A stretch of 64,000 nucleotides of DNA from Escherichia coli (GCF_051903065.1 NZ_CP178438.1); one strand, 5' to 3'; positions 23,103-33,960 are shown, counted from the first letter of the stretch. A program made the numbers and translations. The notes: generated by a model from the letters alone, not told the origin.

Positions 23103-24407
23103 ATGAAAGCGATCTTGATCCCATTTTTATCTCTTCTGATACCGTTAACCCCGCAATCTACATTCGCTCAGAGTGAGCCAGAGCCGGAGCTGAAGCTGGA
23201 AAGTGTGGTGATTGTCAGTCGTCATGGTGTGCGTGCCCCAACCAAGGCCACGCAACTGATGCAGGATGTCACCCCAGACGCATGGCCAACCTGGCCGGTA
23301 AAACTGGGTTGGCTGACACCGCGCGGTGGTGAGCTAATCGCTTATCTCGGACATTACCAACGCCAGCGTCTGGTAGCCGACGGATTGCTGACGAAAAAGG
23401 GCTGCCCGCAGCCTGGTCAGGTCGCGATTATTGCTGATGTCGACGAGCGTACCCGTAAAACAGGCGAAGCCTTCGCCGCCGGGCTGGCACCTGACTGTGC
23501 AATAACCGTACATACCCAGGCAGATACGTCCAGTCCCGATCCGTTATTTAATCCTCTAAAAACTGGCGTTTGCCAACTGGATAACGCGAACGTGACTGAC
23601 GCGATCCTCAGCAGGGCAGGAGGGTCAATTGCTGACTTTACCGGGCATCGGCAAACGGCGTTTCGCGAACTGGAACGGGTGCTTAATTTTCCGCAATCAA
23701 ACTTGTGCCTTAACCGTGAGAAACAGGACGAAAGCTGTTCATTAACGCAGGCATTACCATCGGAACTCAAGGTGAGCGCCGACAATGTCTCATTAACCGG
23801 TGCGGTAAGCCTCGCATCAATGCTGACGGAGATATTTCTCCTGCAACAGGCACAGGGAATGCCGGAGCCGGGGTGGGGAAGGATCACTGATTCACACCAG
23901 TGGAACACGTTGCTAAGTTTGCATAACGCGCAATTTTATTTACTACAACGCACGCCAGAGGTTGCCCGCAGCCGCGCCACCCCGTTGTTGGATTTGATCA
24001 TGACAGCGTTGACGCCCCATCCACCGCAAAAACAGGCGTATGGTGTGACATTACCCACTTCAGTGCTGTTTATCGCCGGACACGATACTAATCTGGCAAA
24101 TCTCGGCGGCGCACTGGAGCTCAACTGGACGCTTCCAGGTCAGCCGGATAACACGCCGCCAGGTGGTGAACTGGTGTTTGAACGCTGGCGTCGGCTAAGC
24201 GATAACAGCCAGTGGATTCAGGTTTCGCTGGTCTTCCAGACTTTACAGCAGATGCGTGATAAAACGCCGCTGTCATTAAATACGCCGCCCGGAGCGGTGA
24301 AACTGACCCTGGCAGGATGTGAAGAGCGAAATGCGCAGGGCATGTGTTCGTTGGCCGGTTTTACGCAAATCGTGAATGAAGCACGCATACCGGCGTGCAG
24401 TTTGTAA
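23103..24407 (+). CDS. appA: Periplasmic pH 2.5 acid phosphatase / phytase (histidine acid phosphatase, RHGVRAP motif)
   Basis: ORF MKAILIPFLSLLIPLTPQSTFAQSEPEPELKLESVVIVSRHGVRAPTK...; start trimmed to ATG 23103. Confidence 0.95.
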   Translation: MKAILIPFLSLLIPLTPQSTFAQSEPEPELKLESVVIVSRHGVRAPTKATQLMQDVTPDAWPTWPVKLGWLTPRGGELIAYLGHYQRQRLVADGLLTKKGCPQPGQVAIIADVDERTRKTGEAFAAGLAPDCAITVHTQADTSSPDPLFNPLKTGVCQLDNANVTDAILSRAGGSIADFTGHRQTAFRELERVLNFPQSNLCLNREKQDESCSLTQALPSELKVSADNVSLTGAVSLASMLTEIFLLQQAQGMPEPGWGRITDSHQWNTLLSLHNAQFYLLQRTPEVARSRATPLLDLIMTALTPHPPQKQAYGVTLPTSVLFIAGHDTNLANLGGALELNWTLPGQPDNTPPGGELVFERWRRLSDNSQWIQVSLVFQTLQQMRDKTPLSLNTPPGAVKLTLAGCEERNAQGMCSLAGFTQIVNEARIPACSL

Positions 24408-24413
24408 TGCATA

Positions 24414-24443
24414 AAAAAGAGCATTCAGCTACCTGAATGCTCT
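24414..24443 (-). terminator. Rho-independent terminator downstream of etk
   Basis: AGAGCATTCAG-CTACC-TGAATGCTCT stem-loop followed on the minus strand by U6. Confidence 0.75.
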
Positions 24444-24526
24444 GAGGCTGATGACAAACGAAGAACTGTCTAATGCGTAGACCGGAAAAGGCGTTCACGC
24501 CGCATCCGGTCACTTTACCTTCAGTT

Positions 24527-26707
24527 TTACTCTTTCTCGGAGTAACTATAACCGTAATAGTTATAGCCGTAACTGTAAGCGGTGCTGGCGCGTTTAATCA
24601 CACCATTGAGGATTGCGCCTTTAATATTAACGCCAGCCTGTTCCAGACGCTGCATTGACAAACTCACCTCTTTGGCGGTGTTCAGGCCAAAACGTGCAAC
24701 CAGCAGGCTGGTGCCGACAGAGCGCCCCACGACCGCAGCATCGCTCACCGCCAGCATCGGCGGCGTATCGACAATCACCAGATCGTAATGGTCGTTCGCC
24801 CATTCCAGTAATTGACGCATCCGATCGCGCATCAGCAGTTCAGACGGGTTAGGTGGCACCTGACCGCGAGTAATCACATCAAAGCCTCCTTTGCCAAAAT
24901 GCTGGATCACTTTGTTGAGCTCATCTTTACCTGCCAGATATTCCGACAAGCCATGTTCATTACTCACGGTAAACAGGTTATGCGAATAACCACGGCGTAA
25001 GTCGGCATCAATAAATAACACTTTTTGATCGGACTGGGCGATCACCGCTGCCAGAGTTGAACTGACAAATGTTTTACCACTGTCTGGCGTCGCACCGGTG
25101 ATCATCAGAATGTTATTCTCAGTCTCCATCATAGCGAAATGCAGACTGGTTCGTAGCGCACGTACGGCTTCCACAGCAGAATCCGCCGGGTTATCCACCG
25201 CCAGGAAGGGGATATTTTTAGTACGATGGCGCTGCTGATTAGAAAATAAATTTTTCTTACGCAGACGGGTGCGTTTATCCAGCCACTCGGACATCGGGAT
25301 GGTGGCATAAACGCTGATGCCGTGCTCTTCCAGTTGTTCCGGGGCTTCTACACCACGACGCAACATCGCACGCGCCAGCACGGCACCCACCGAAATAAAC
25401 AGGCCAAGAATAAAACCAAGCACCACATTCAACGCTTTTTTCGGTTTCACTGGCTGCGGCTGAGTGACTGCCGGGTCGATAATCCGCACGTTACCAATCG
25501 CACTGGATTTCGAAATACTCAACTCCTGCTGGCGGTTAAGTAATTGCAGATATACCGCACGGCCCGCTTCTACGTCACGACTTAAACGCAACACTTCCTG
25601 TTGGGTGGAAGGCATTGCCGATACCCGCTTATTCAGGCGTTTGCGTTCTTGCTCCAGCGTCTGGCGTTTTTCCAGCAGCGCACGATAAGTTGGGTGATCT
25701 TTCTTATACAGCTGGGAGATCTCTGCCTCGCGGAAGGTCAGCTCATTGAGTTGATTATCAACGTTCACAATCTGCTCAAGAACGGCTTTGGCTTCCAGGT
25801 TAAGGTCAACCGAATCGCGCTGCTGGCGATAAACGTTGAGTTTTTCTTCCGCCTGGTCCAGCTCGCTGCGCACTTCAGGCAACTGGCGCTGTAAGAATTC
25901 AAGGCTTTGTGAATCCTGCGCCGCCTGGCGAGCGATATTCTGTTGCAAATAGTTGTTAGCGATGCTGTTCAGTATACGGGTAATCAACTGGGGATCATCA
26001 CCGGTCATGGTAAGTTCCAGCATCCCGCTTTCTTTACTGCGTTCGCTAACGGTAAAGGTTTCCTGCAACGCGTTAATCGCTTCCAGTTCGGTACGTTGGC
26101 TCAGGACAAACTGTGTTCCTGGTTTGGCCTTAATATCCGCGATAGTCAGCGCAACGCCATCTTTTTCCAGACGCTGGCCGACCATACCATTGACGGTGAA
26201 CTCTTCACCTTCCAGCGTATAGTGGCCGTTTTCCCCAACCGTGAGTGTCAGTAGCTGATCCTGACCATTCAGTTGTGGAATATGCATCCAGCTGATCGCC
26301 AGCTCACCTGGTTTCTCTTTGGTTAATCTCGCCCAGCCGCGACCCACAATCGGAAAATACTTCTGCTCAACCATGTCGCGCAGATTCAGTTCAGCAATGG
26401 TTTTACCGAGAATCATGCGCGATTGCAGCAGTTGGATCTCCGGTGCAGACTCGGGCGATGAGTTAGGGATCATATCACTCAGGCCGCTGAGAATGGCGTT
26501 GCCCTGTTTTTGCTCAACCTGGACCAGAGTATCTGCCTGATAAATTGGTGTGCTTAACAGCGAGTAAGCGACAGCGATCAGCGTGAATAACGCGGTCACG
26601 CTGATAATAAACTTACGGTGATCCCATAACTCGCCGACCAGACGAAGCAGATCGATCTCATTTTCCTGAGTGCTGCCTGGTGGCGTATTCATATTTTTAG
26701 TTGTCAT
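24527..26707 (-). CDS. etk: Tyrosine autokinase (BY-kinase, Wzc paralog) of the group 4 capsule cluster
   Basis: 726-aa ORF with Walker A GKT and C-terminal tyrosine cluster YSYGYNYYGYSYSEKE. Confidence 0.95.
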   Translation of the reverse strand: MTTKNMNTPPGSTQENEIDLLRLVGELWDHRKFIISVTALFTLIAVAYSLLSTPIYQADTLVQVEQKQGNAILSGLSDMIPNSSPESAPEIQLLQSRMILGKTIAELNLRDMVEQKYFPIVGRGWARLTKEKPGELAISWMHIPQLNGQDQLLTLTVGENGHYTLEGEEFTVNGMVGQRLEKDGVALTIADIKAKPGTQFVLSQRTELEAINALQETFTVSERSKESGMLELTMTGDDPQLITRILNSIANNYLQQNIARQAAQDSQSLEFLQRQLPEVRSELDQAEEKLNVYRQQRDSVDLNLEAKAVLEQIVNVDNQLNELTFREAEISQLYKKDHPTYRALLEKRQTLEQERKRLNKRVSAMPSTQQEVLRLSRDVEAGRAVYLQLLNRQQELSISKSSAIGNVRIIDPAVTQPQPVKPKKALNVVLGFILGLFISVGAVLARAMLRRGVEAPEQLEEHGISVYATIPMSEWLDKRTRLRKKNLFSNQQRHRTKNIPFLAVDNPADSAVEAVRALRTSLHFAMMETENNILMITGATPDSGKTFVSSTLAAVIAQSDQKVLFIDADLRRGYSHNLFTVSNEHGLSEYLAGKDELNKVIQHFGKGGFDVITRGQVPPNPSELLMRDRMRQLLEWANDHYDLVIVDTPPMLAVSDAAVVGRSVGTSLLVARFGLNTAKEVSLSMQRLEQAGVNIKGAILNGVIKRASTAYSYGYNYYGYSYSEKE

Positions 26708-26726
26708 CGTATTTTATAAACTCAAA

Positions 26727-27173
26727 TTACCGGCTGAGGCGCTTCGCCCATTCCTGACTGGCGCGCTCCAACATACCGTAGACATGTTCAAATGCGTCCT
26801 GACTTTTACGATAGGGATCCGGGATCTCTTTCTGTTCCAGCCATTGCCCAAACAGCATTGTCTTCCCGCGGACCTCGGGAGCGATTGCGGTAACCTGAGC
26901 AATATGTTCCGACTCCATTGCCAGAATCAGATCGTAATTTCGTGCCATCTCAGCAGTGAGCTTACGTCCGGCATGTCCTTCAAGAGATACGCCATGATTA
27001 GCGGCAACATCTGCTGCTGTCGCATCTGCAGGGTGTTTTACCAGACCATGAACACCTGCCGATTTGACTTTTACGCCTGGCAGACGTTTACGCAGCAAGC
27101 GCTCGCCAATGGGCGAACGGCAAATGTTGCCGGTACAAACCACCAGGATTGAGTTAAATTTTAGTTGGGCCAT
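26727..27173 (-). CDS. etp: Low-molecular-weight protein-tyrosine phosphatase
   Basis: [27 protein letters not shown]... (CX5R P-loop); start trimmed to ATG 27173. Confidence 0.95.
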
Positions 27174-28300
27174 GTTTGAATCCACCGTGAAGTCTCTGTC
27201 AGGTCATGCACCCCGGAAATCGTCGGTACCAGCAGGGAAATCACACGGTTCCAACGAGCCAGCGGCGCGGTAGTGACATAAACAATGTCGTAAGGTTCAA
27301 GCTGGAATTCCGTTCCGAGTATCATTGCCGATGCGTCCTTCGCATTCAGCTGATAAATATTGGCGATTTTGCCATTCTGCTTGTTTTGCGTTGCACGAAT
27401 AACAAAAATCCCCGTCGCATCAGCGACATCCTGATTCATACCCTCAGCGTTACCCAGCGCTTCCGCCAGGGTCATACCGCTGCGGTCCATTTTCAGCGTG
27501 CTCTGTTTACCCACTTCACCCATCACGAAGACTTTCAGATCATCGTTGCGCGGAATAAATAAAATATCGCCCGGGTGCAGCAGTTTGTTCTGGCGCAAGT
27601 CGCCACGCTGCATCAGCGCATAGAGGTTCACTTTGGTCTTTACGCCATTCTGGGTGAGCACCACATTGCGCCAGTCTGCATCTGCGGTCAGACCGCCCGC
27701 GGCGTTAATCGCATCCATGATGGTCAGAGGAATATTGGTAATCGGCTGCTGACCCGATTTGCTGACTTCGCCGGTGACGTACGCTTTTTGCGAGCGGAAC
27801 GCCGCGACGCTGACATCGACCTGCGGGCTTTCAATGACTGAATCCAGACGCGCTGTAATCTCGTTGCGTACCTGGGTAAGTGTTTTCCCGGCCACTTTCA
27901 GGCGACCAATATAGGGGTAGAAAATCGCACCATCGGCGTTAACCCAGTTGCCGGTATCACTGGCGCTACGGTATTGCCCTGCGGGGGTGGTTAGTTCCGG
28001 GTGATCCCAGACCGTAACCATCAACACATCACCAATGCCGATACGATATTCATAGTTCGCGATTTGCTGCTCCAGCTCCGGGTTAGCCTGCGACATAATC
28101 GGTTTGGCGCGCAGCTGATCAATCAATCCTGGCGTGACGGGATAGATATTGACCATTTTGTCCAGGTCATACTGATTGTCAGGTAGTTCAATGACATCTT
28201 TGTTACTGGTCGATAAATTCTGACCAGGAACAAGGGTACATGCTGTCAAAGACAGAACAGCCAATGTCAGTACCGAAAACTTAAAAATGTTCTTTTTCAT
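27161..28300 (-). CDS. gfcE: Wza-like outer-membrane polysaccharide export lipoprotein
   Basis: [26 protein letters not shown]... (lipobox); overlaps etp by 13 bp. Confidence 0.93.
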
Positions 28301-28345
28301 TGGTTTATATTTATCAGTCAATGTAATGTTATGAATTACGTCAGG

Positions 28346-30442
28346 TTATTGTCCAACCGGTACTTCTCGCTCTGCCGTCATTGGATAGAGCTGGTATTTG
28401 CGTGACAGCATTTGTCCACCATCACGCGTCAATGGTGTCCACGAAACCACCGCGCGGTTGCGGTTAGGTCCAATGGTCATCAAGTCGAACGGAATCGAGA
28501 TATAAAAACCTTTACTAAAGCCGCCTTCGCCGTAGTCATCTTTAGATACGTTACTGATTGCCGCCCATACCCCTACCGCCACGCCGCTGTCAAAGCGTTT
28601 GGCGACGTCGATCGTTGCGCCTTTATCTTTTGCCAGATATTGCCCAACGCTAAGTTTCATCAGTACGCCATTGAGCGTCGGCGGGTTCCAGTAAGCCGTC
28701 ACGAAACCTGTGGGCGTGGAATAATCGGTGAAGCGCATCATGTTGTCCCAGTCACGTTGCTTCACGTAGTTAACGTCCACACCCAGCGCCCAGCTGGCAT
28801 CTAGCGGGCGATAAAGCAGCTCGGAACCGACACCGGCGTACATCGTTTCCAGATAACCGCCATACACCTGGCCATAGAAACCATTGCCTAAGTCGGCAAA
28901 GTAGTTCGCCTGCAAGTTGTTGAGATAAACGTCATTGCGAACGTAATCACGGATATGCGTGCGCACGCGGGGCAGGGTAGAGTCCGCGGGCAACAGTGAA
29001 GACTTAAACTTGTCGTAGTTGTTGTAAATATTGGTGAAAATACCGCCATCAAGCAGCAGGTGGTCGGTAAACCAGTAGCGGGCGCTGGACATCAGCCCCA
29101 GCTGGAACATATAGAAATCTTCCGGGCCGCCCAGCGACTGTGAAAGTGTTGGGTTGAAAGAGTAGCTAAAGCGATCTTCACGAATACGGTAGCCCCGACC
29201 AAAGGCAGAAAGATCTTCAGCTTCAACACGTTGTTGTTGCAGTGGCTCTGATTGACCAGGCGCTGTACCTGCCAGCTGTTTGCGCAGGCTGGCTACGTCG
29301 GTTTCGGTAGTCACCATCGCCATATGCTCGCGCTTTTGCGTCACGCTAATCTTCTCAACGCCTTGCGGCAGGTTATTCACCAGAATCCGGTTGGCACGAT
29401 CGACCGCTTCACGAGAGTCACGGTATTTGTATTGCTGACCAGACATATACAGCGTCTTATCGCGTAGCTGAATTTCTGGCGCGTCAAAGCCCGCGTTATA
29501 CTTCAGGGCGGTAAGTTGGTTTGCTACCGTGGTGTACTGCAATCCTTCAGATTCAGGCGCAGGTTGATATGCCGGTTTTGGCGTATCGCGCAGGGCAGGG
29601 CGCAGATCGTTGAAATTGGTCCGTAAAGTGAAACCAAACATCAACGTGTTACCGCGTTCATAACTCAGGTTGAGGTCTGCCCAGCTGGCAGCGCGATAAA
29701 CTGCACCGACGTTGAAATGGCTTGCCTGAGGCAGTTTGCCAGCGAAATCATTCTGGTAATTGTTGCCGTCGTATTCGAGTTTCAGACGCAGGGGATTCCA
29801 CGGCGTTTGATACTCAATGCCGCCAAAGATGGAGGCTGGGCCACGAAAGATATCGCTAAAGCTGATATCGCCCGCATCGTGAGACTCTGCGCGATGACAA
29901 TATTTATCGCTCACCCGGCAAAACGGGTTGGTAATATTGCCCGCATTACCGGCGTAGCCCCATGCCATCCCGAGGGTGAAATCAAATGGCCCCGCTTGCT
30001 TGCTGGCCACCAGATACTCACTGTCAAACCGACCCGTACCAGCAATATCACGTTTACCAAACGCCACTTGCGGTAGCCAGTAACCTTCTTCCCACAGGCG
30101 AAGTTTAAAATCGAATGATTTGTCTTTGTATGACTGATCGCCGCTGAAATCTTCCCACTGGCTATATTTGCGTGTGCGCACATCCGTATAACGAATGGTG
30201 CCTTCCAGCCATGGGAACAGCGCCACGGACGTGGAGTAGAAACGGTACTGATCGTTATCCCGGTAGTTGACGCTGAATTCACCTTCCGGTGCGATGCGCG
30301 CATTTGGCATCTGCAACAATCCTGTACCGCCAAAGTCCGATTGCGACGAACCCAGCGGATCCGGGTAGGTTAATACTTCAGCATGACAGGCACTGGAGAC
30401 GGCAATGGCCAGGCAGCTTAAAAGATAAGAATTCTTCTTCAT
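28346..30442 (-). CDS. gfcD: Group 4 capsule outer-membrane protein GfcD
   Basis: 698-aa ORF with signal peptide, conserved operon position. Confidence 0.9.
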   Translation of the reverse strand: MKKNSYLLSCLAIAVSSACHAEVLTYPDPLGSSQSDFGGTGLLQMPNARIAPEGEFSVNYRDNDQYRFYSTSVALFPWLEGTIRYTDVRTRKYSQWEDFSGDQSYKDKSFDFKLRLWEEGYWLPQVAFGKRDIAGTGRFDSEYLVASKQAGPFDFTLGMAWGYAGNAGNITNPFCRVSDKYCHRAESHDAGDISFSDIFRGPASIFGGIEYQTPWNPLRLKLEYDGNNYQNDFAGKLPQASHFNVGAVYRAASWADLNLSYERGNTLMFGFTLRTNFNDLRPALRDTPKPAYQPAPESEGLQYTTVANQLTALKYNAGFDAPEIQLRDKTLYMSGQQYKYRDSREAVDRANRILVNNLPQGVEKISVTQKREHMAMVTTETDVASLRKQLAGTAPGQSEPLQQQRVEAEDLSAFGRGYRIREDRFSYSFNPTLSQSLGGPEDFYMFQLGLMSSARYWFTDHLLLDGGIFTNIYNNYDKFKSSLLPADSTLPRVRTHIRDYVRNDVYLNNLQANYFADLGNGFYGQVYGGYLETMYAGVGSELLYRPLDASWALGVDVNYVKQRDWDNMMRFTDYSTPTGFVTAYWNPPTLNGVLMKLSVGQYLAKDKGATIDVAKRFDSGVAVGVWAAISNVSKDDYGEGGFSKGFYISIPFDLMTIGPNRNRAVVSWTPLTRDGGQMLSRKYQLYPMTAEREVPVGQ

Positions 30443-31188
30443 CAGTCAGGAACACGTTGCGTTAAAACAGACACAATCTGGTCATTTAAATCAGCATATT
30501 TTTCGGGCAGTACATGCGCAGAAAAGCCTAACCAAAGCTGGCTGCCAGGCGGTGGTTCCACATGTCTTTTATTCCACAGGGCAACAGGGGCGACGACAGT
30601 CTCACCCTCAGGCGTAATCACGATAACGTTATTCTTGTCCGCGCCTGCAAGACGGGGGTGATCTTGCAGATAATCGGTAACGCTACGGCCTGCCTGCCAC
30701 GGCAATTGCCCAGCCCCAGAAACCGCACCCAGCAGAGTAATAGTCACCGGGCGCTGTACGGTATAGAGCGTATAGTCCCCGACCAGCGGGGGATTGCTGT
30801 TCTCATCCACTCGTACAAAATCAGGGTCCAGTTTGATCGGTAAGCGACCAGTGATATTGAGATTGAGTAACTGCTGGCGCACGGATTTAATCGTTGCCGC
30901 CACATCGTCGTCAGCTTCTGCTTCCCAGGAAGCAAGCTGTGCCATGACATGTTGGTAGTCTTTAAGCGCTTTAGCTTTCACCGCAGAGTCGGTCAGCAAG
31001 GCACCAGGCCACCAGAGGCGATCGCGCAGTTGCGGTTGTGTCACCAACTGGACAACATTTTCCACGGGGCCAACGGAAAGTGTCTGTTGTTCGCCAGGCA
31101 GATAAATAGTCACCGTTCCTTGCGCAAAGGCATGGGGTGTCATTACGTAAAGTACGCTGGCAATGAAATACGACTGTAATATATTCAT
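30442..31188 (-). CDS. gfcC: Group 4 capsule periplasmic protein GfcC
   Basis: 248-aa ORF with signal peptide [22 protein letters not shown]. Confidence 0.9.
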   Translation of the reverse strand: MNILQSYFIASVLYVMTPHAFAQGTVTIYLPGEQQTLSVGPVENVVQLVTQPQLRDRLWWPGALLTDSAVKAKALKDYQHVMAQLASWEAEADDDVAATIKSVRQQLLNLNITGRLPIKLDPDFVRVDENSNPPLVGDYTLYTVQRPVTITLLGAVSGAGQLPWQAGRSVTDYLQDHPRLAGADKNNVIVITPEGETVVAPVALWNKRHVEPPPGSQLWLGFSAHVLPEKYADLNDQIVSVLTQRVPD

Positions 31189-31829
31189 GGTGCGGGTTTA
31201 AGAAACGTCATTTCTACGGGAATAACCCCTGCGCCTAACATTTGTCGACTTTGACGAACCTGGCCAGTAGCCGAATCGACCCAGAATATGTTTTGCCACT
31301 GTTTTTCTGGCAGCGTGGAAGTCACCTCTTCCTGCCAGACATTACACAGCACATCGCGACCCGCAATATGCAGCGTCTCTAATCCAGCAAAGGAAAAAGT
31401 GGAACTCAGGGTCGCAGAGCGAAAATGGTTGTCTTCACTCCAGAGAATATCGCGCGTCCAGCGGCTGCCGTCTTTTATTGCCAGCGCGTTACGCAGAGGG
31501 TCCTGCCCGGAATTTGTCACTTCCAGCAGATTATTATTAAGTTTGACGGTCTTTAAAAGACGTCCATTGTGGGTAACCAGCATGGCGTTATCCTGGGATA
31601 ACCATTTGCTTTGTTCTTGTTCTATATATCCCAGTACCACAAAGATTCGTTGCCCTTCATTAAGGCGTAAATACATCGTGGAATAAGGCAACGCCTGGAT
31701 CTGCTGATCCGCTACGGTGATATCCTGATTATCGAAAAGGCTGGCGCGAAATGTATCGACCATACTTTGCTGGCTGTGCGTACATCCCGCAAGAAATAGT
31801 GCGAAAATCGATAAAATAAGAGGGCGCAC
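31185..31829 (-). CDS. gfcB: Group 4 capsule lipoprotein GfcB
   Basis: 214-aa ORF MRPLILSIFALFLAGCTHS (lipobox). Confidence 0.9.
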   Translation of the reverse strand: MRPLILSIFALFLAGCTHSQQSMVDTFRASLFDNQDITVADQQIQALPYSTMYLRLNEGQRIFVVLGYIEQEQSKWLSQDNAMLVTHNGRLLKTVKLNNNLLEVTNSGQDPLRNALAIKDGSRWTRDILWSEDNHFRSATLSSTFSFAGLETLHIAGRDVLCNVWQEEVTSTLPEKQWQNIFWVDSATGQVRQSRQMLGAGVIPVEMTFLKPAP

Positions 31830-31935
31830 CTTTAATCCTTGAAAGGTTAATTAAAAAAATGCAAATCTCTAAAGCCCGGTACGAATATCGCAACCGGGTA
31901 TTATTTAACTTTAATTTCGACGCGTTTAAGCAGAA

Positions 31936-32241
31936 TTAGCGCGTAGTGGACGTGGTGGTTGAGGTGTTATGAGAACCGCCATCGCCACTGTCATTTGCTG
32001 CAACTACTGCCAACGTCGCCACACCAACAGCCGTTGCCACACCGACAACTGTCGCCGTGCCGACAGCGCCAGCAGCCACGCCACCAGTGGTAGCAGCCGT
32101 CGTGGTTGCACCGGTAGTGGTCGTTGTGGTGCCAGTAGTACCCGTCGTTGCCTCGGTCCCGTTTGCTGCTTCAGGGGCAGCAAACGCAGCTGGCGTCGTC
32201 AACATGAAGGCCATAAGGATTGCAGAAAGCTTGTGTTTCAT
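31936..32241 (-). CDS. gfcA: Thr-rich small membrane protein GfcA
   Basis: ORF MKHKLSAILMAFMLTTPAAFA followed by Thr/Gly/Ala/Val low-complexity; start trimmed to ATG 32241. Confidence 0.85.
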   Translation of the reverse strand: MKHKLSAILMAFMLTTPAAFAAPEAANGTEATTGTTGTTTTTTGATTTAATTGGVAAGAVGTATVVGVATAVGVATLAVVAANDSGDGGSHNTSTTTSTTR

Positions 32242-32681
32242 AACTTTTCCTTTATTCATCGCATGGACAATACGTACGCTTGAGATCAGGATTGTCTACT
32301 TTGAGTATAACATCCTTGTGAAATCTCCCTTTCCTCATACCACTTGCACTATATACAGCGGGTGAGAAAGGCGCGCAGAGGGAAATATAAGATTGTTAAC
32401 GATTTCCCTCTGGAAATACGACTTGTAGGCATAAGATAAATCTTAGAAAAATACAAATTAAAGATAAAAAATTGTTAAGAAAGCTATTAACTATTGTTGG
32501 TGATATAGTTTCAAGTGGTACTATAACTGGCTGTTAAGTGGCATTTATAACTATTAGTTGCAGAGATATTCGGTTAAATGGATTAGTTTCCTGGTAAAAA
32601 AGTAACTTGCGTTCTAATGCATGGTGTTGACTATTGAACTATTCCAATAAAACCAGTCAGCTTTAAACAAGCAGCGTCATA

Positions 32682-32894
32682 TTAAGAGAGATAAACATTT
32701 GCCGCTGTTGGTCCTCGCAGGCCATTTACGCGACAAAATTCCACGCGTAATCCTGGTATAAGCACTTCTGCGTCGCGGGGAGTGAATGCGGAAATATGGA
32801 CCTGGACTTCTTTACGACCGTCGGAGGGGATAATGAATCCTTTGCCGCTTTTGCGATCAAAGGTTTTGACAATTCCTGTCATTTTACGGGACAA
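32682..32894 (-). CDS. cspH: Cold-shock-domain protein CspH
   Basis: 70-aa [40 protein letters not shown]... (CSD fold). Confidence 0.92.
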
Positions 32895-33180
32895 ACAAAT
32901 TCCTTACTGAAAATACTGCGCTGCACTATACGGGGTTAATAAAATAAAGCCAGCGATATTTAAGACCGCCGGACGGCTAAAATAAAATTTGCTTAATCTC
33001 AATTATCATGCGTTAATAGCTGCGTCGGTTTGAAAGACAGACAGCATACAAAGTAGTTTACTAAAGCAGTTCTCATTATCAGGCATTATCCCCTTCTTTT
33101 GAGTCTCTCTCCTGAACACTAAGTAGTTTCTGTATTAAAGCCCTGTTTGCCGAAAGGCCCAACAATGAAGGAAGTAAAAT

Positions 33181-33393
33181 ATGTCTAATAAAATGACTGG
33201 TTTAGTAAAATGGTTTAACGCAGATAAAGGTTTTGGCTTTATCACTCCTGATGATGGCAGCAAAGACGTTTTCGTCCATTTCACCGCCATCCAGAGCAAT
33301 GAATTCCGCACGCTGAACGAAAATCAGAAAGTTGAATTTTCTATTGAGCAGGGGCAACGTGGCCCCGCGGCAGCGAACGTTGTTACGCTCTAA
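33181..33393 (+). CDS. cspG: Cold-shock protein CspG
   Basis: 70-aa [41 protein letters not shown]... with RNP motifs. Confidence 0.95.
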   Translation: MSNKMTGLVKWFNADKGFGFITPDDGSKDVFVHFTAIQSNEFRTLNENQKVEFSIEQGQRGPAAANVVTL

Positions 33394-33394
33394 G

Positions 33395-33592
33395 GTTGCC
33401 GTTATTACTCAACATCTCCATTTCCGCTGTCCATGTTGTCATGGTTCACAGTACCGTACATCGGCATTCGATGTGACGGAGCGAAACCCTTTGGGCGCTA
33501 AGTGTATTTTTTGTAAATCGACGATGATCACCTTTGATAACGTCGCGCTGCAAATACGCACTGACCATGCGCCGCTGGATTTCACAAAATAA
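33395..33592 (+). CDS. ymcF: Small CxxC zinc-ribbon-like protein downstream of cspG (start codon uncertain)
   Basis: Open frame ...HFRCPCCHGSQYRTSAFDVTERNPLGAKCIFCKSTMITFDNVALQIRTDHAPLDFTK ending at 33592; the track ORF 33332-33592 overlaps cspG so the true start must be a non-ATG or internal codon. Confidence 0.45.
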   Translation, partial: VAVITQHLHFRCPCCHGSQYRTSAFDVTERNPLGAKCIFCKSTMITFDNVALQIRTDHAPLDFTK

Positions 33593-33797
33593 TCTCAGGC
33601 TCCCTCGTGGAGCCTTTTTTATATCTGCCTTATTTTTCTTCAACGCTGTATGTATAGTAAGCGATAACCTGTTGATTATTGAATCTTTCGGGGAGATGGC
33701 TTATAACATTTCTTACCTGACCAGGGTACCGGGAACCAACACCTTACTGGCGTGTTGCTGTCTTTCAAGACCAGACGAGGTTAACAGTGAATATTGA
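33567..33797 (+). CDS. ymcE: Small protein YmcE/Sfa (questionable gene)
   Basis: 76-codon frame MRRWISQNNLRLPRGAFFISALFFF... from ATG 33567; note that a strong terminator lies inside it. Confidence 0.4.
   Translation: MRRWISQNNLRLPRGAFFISALFFFNAVCIVSDNLLIIESFGEMAYNISYLTRVPGTNTLLACCCLSRPDEVNSEY
33598..33620 (+). terminator. Rho-independent terminator of the cspG/ymcF transcript
   Basis: GGCTCC-CTCGT-GGAGCC followed by T6. Confidence 0.8.
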
Positions 33798-33960
33798 AGA
33801 GTTAAAAAAACAAGCCGAAACGGAAATCGCCGACTTTATCGCGCAAAAAATCGCCGAGCTGAACAAGAATACAGGGAAAGAAGTCTCTGAAATTCGCTTC
33901 ACCGCACGAGAAAAAATGACCGGGCTTGAAAGTTATGATGTCAAAATCAAAATAATGTGA
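33787..33960 (+). CDS. gnsB: GnsB (GnsA/GnsB family small protein)
   Basis: GTG-initiated 57-codon ORF VNIEELKKQAETEIADFIAQKIAELNKNTGKEVSEIRFTAREKMTGLESYDVKIKIM; too short for the ORF track. Confidence 0.8.
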   Translation: MNIEELKKQAETEIADFIAQKIAELNKNTGKEVSEIRFTAREKMTGLESYDVKIKIM

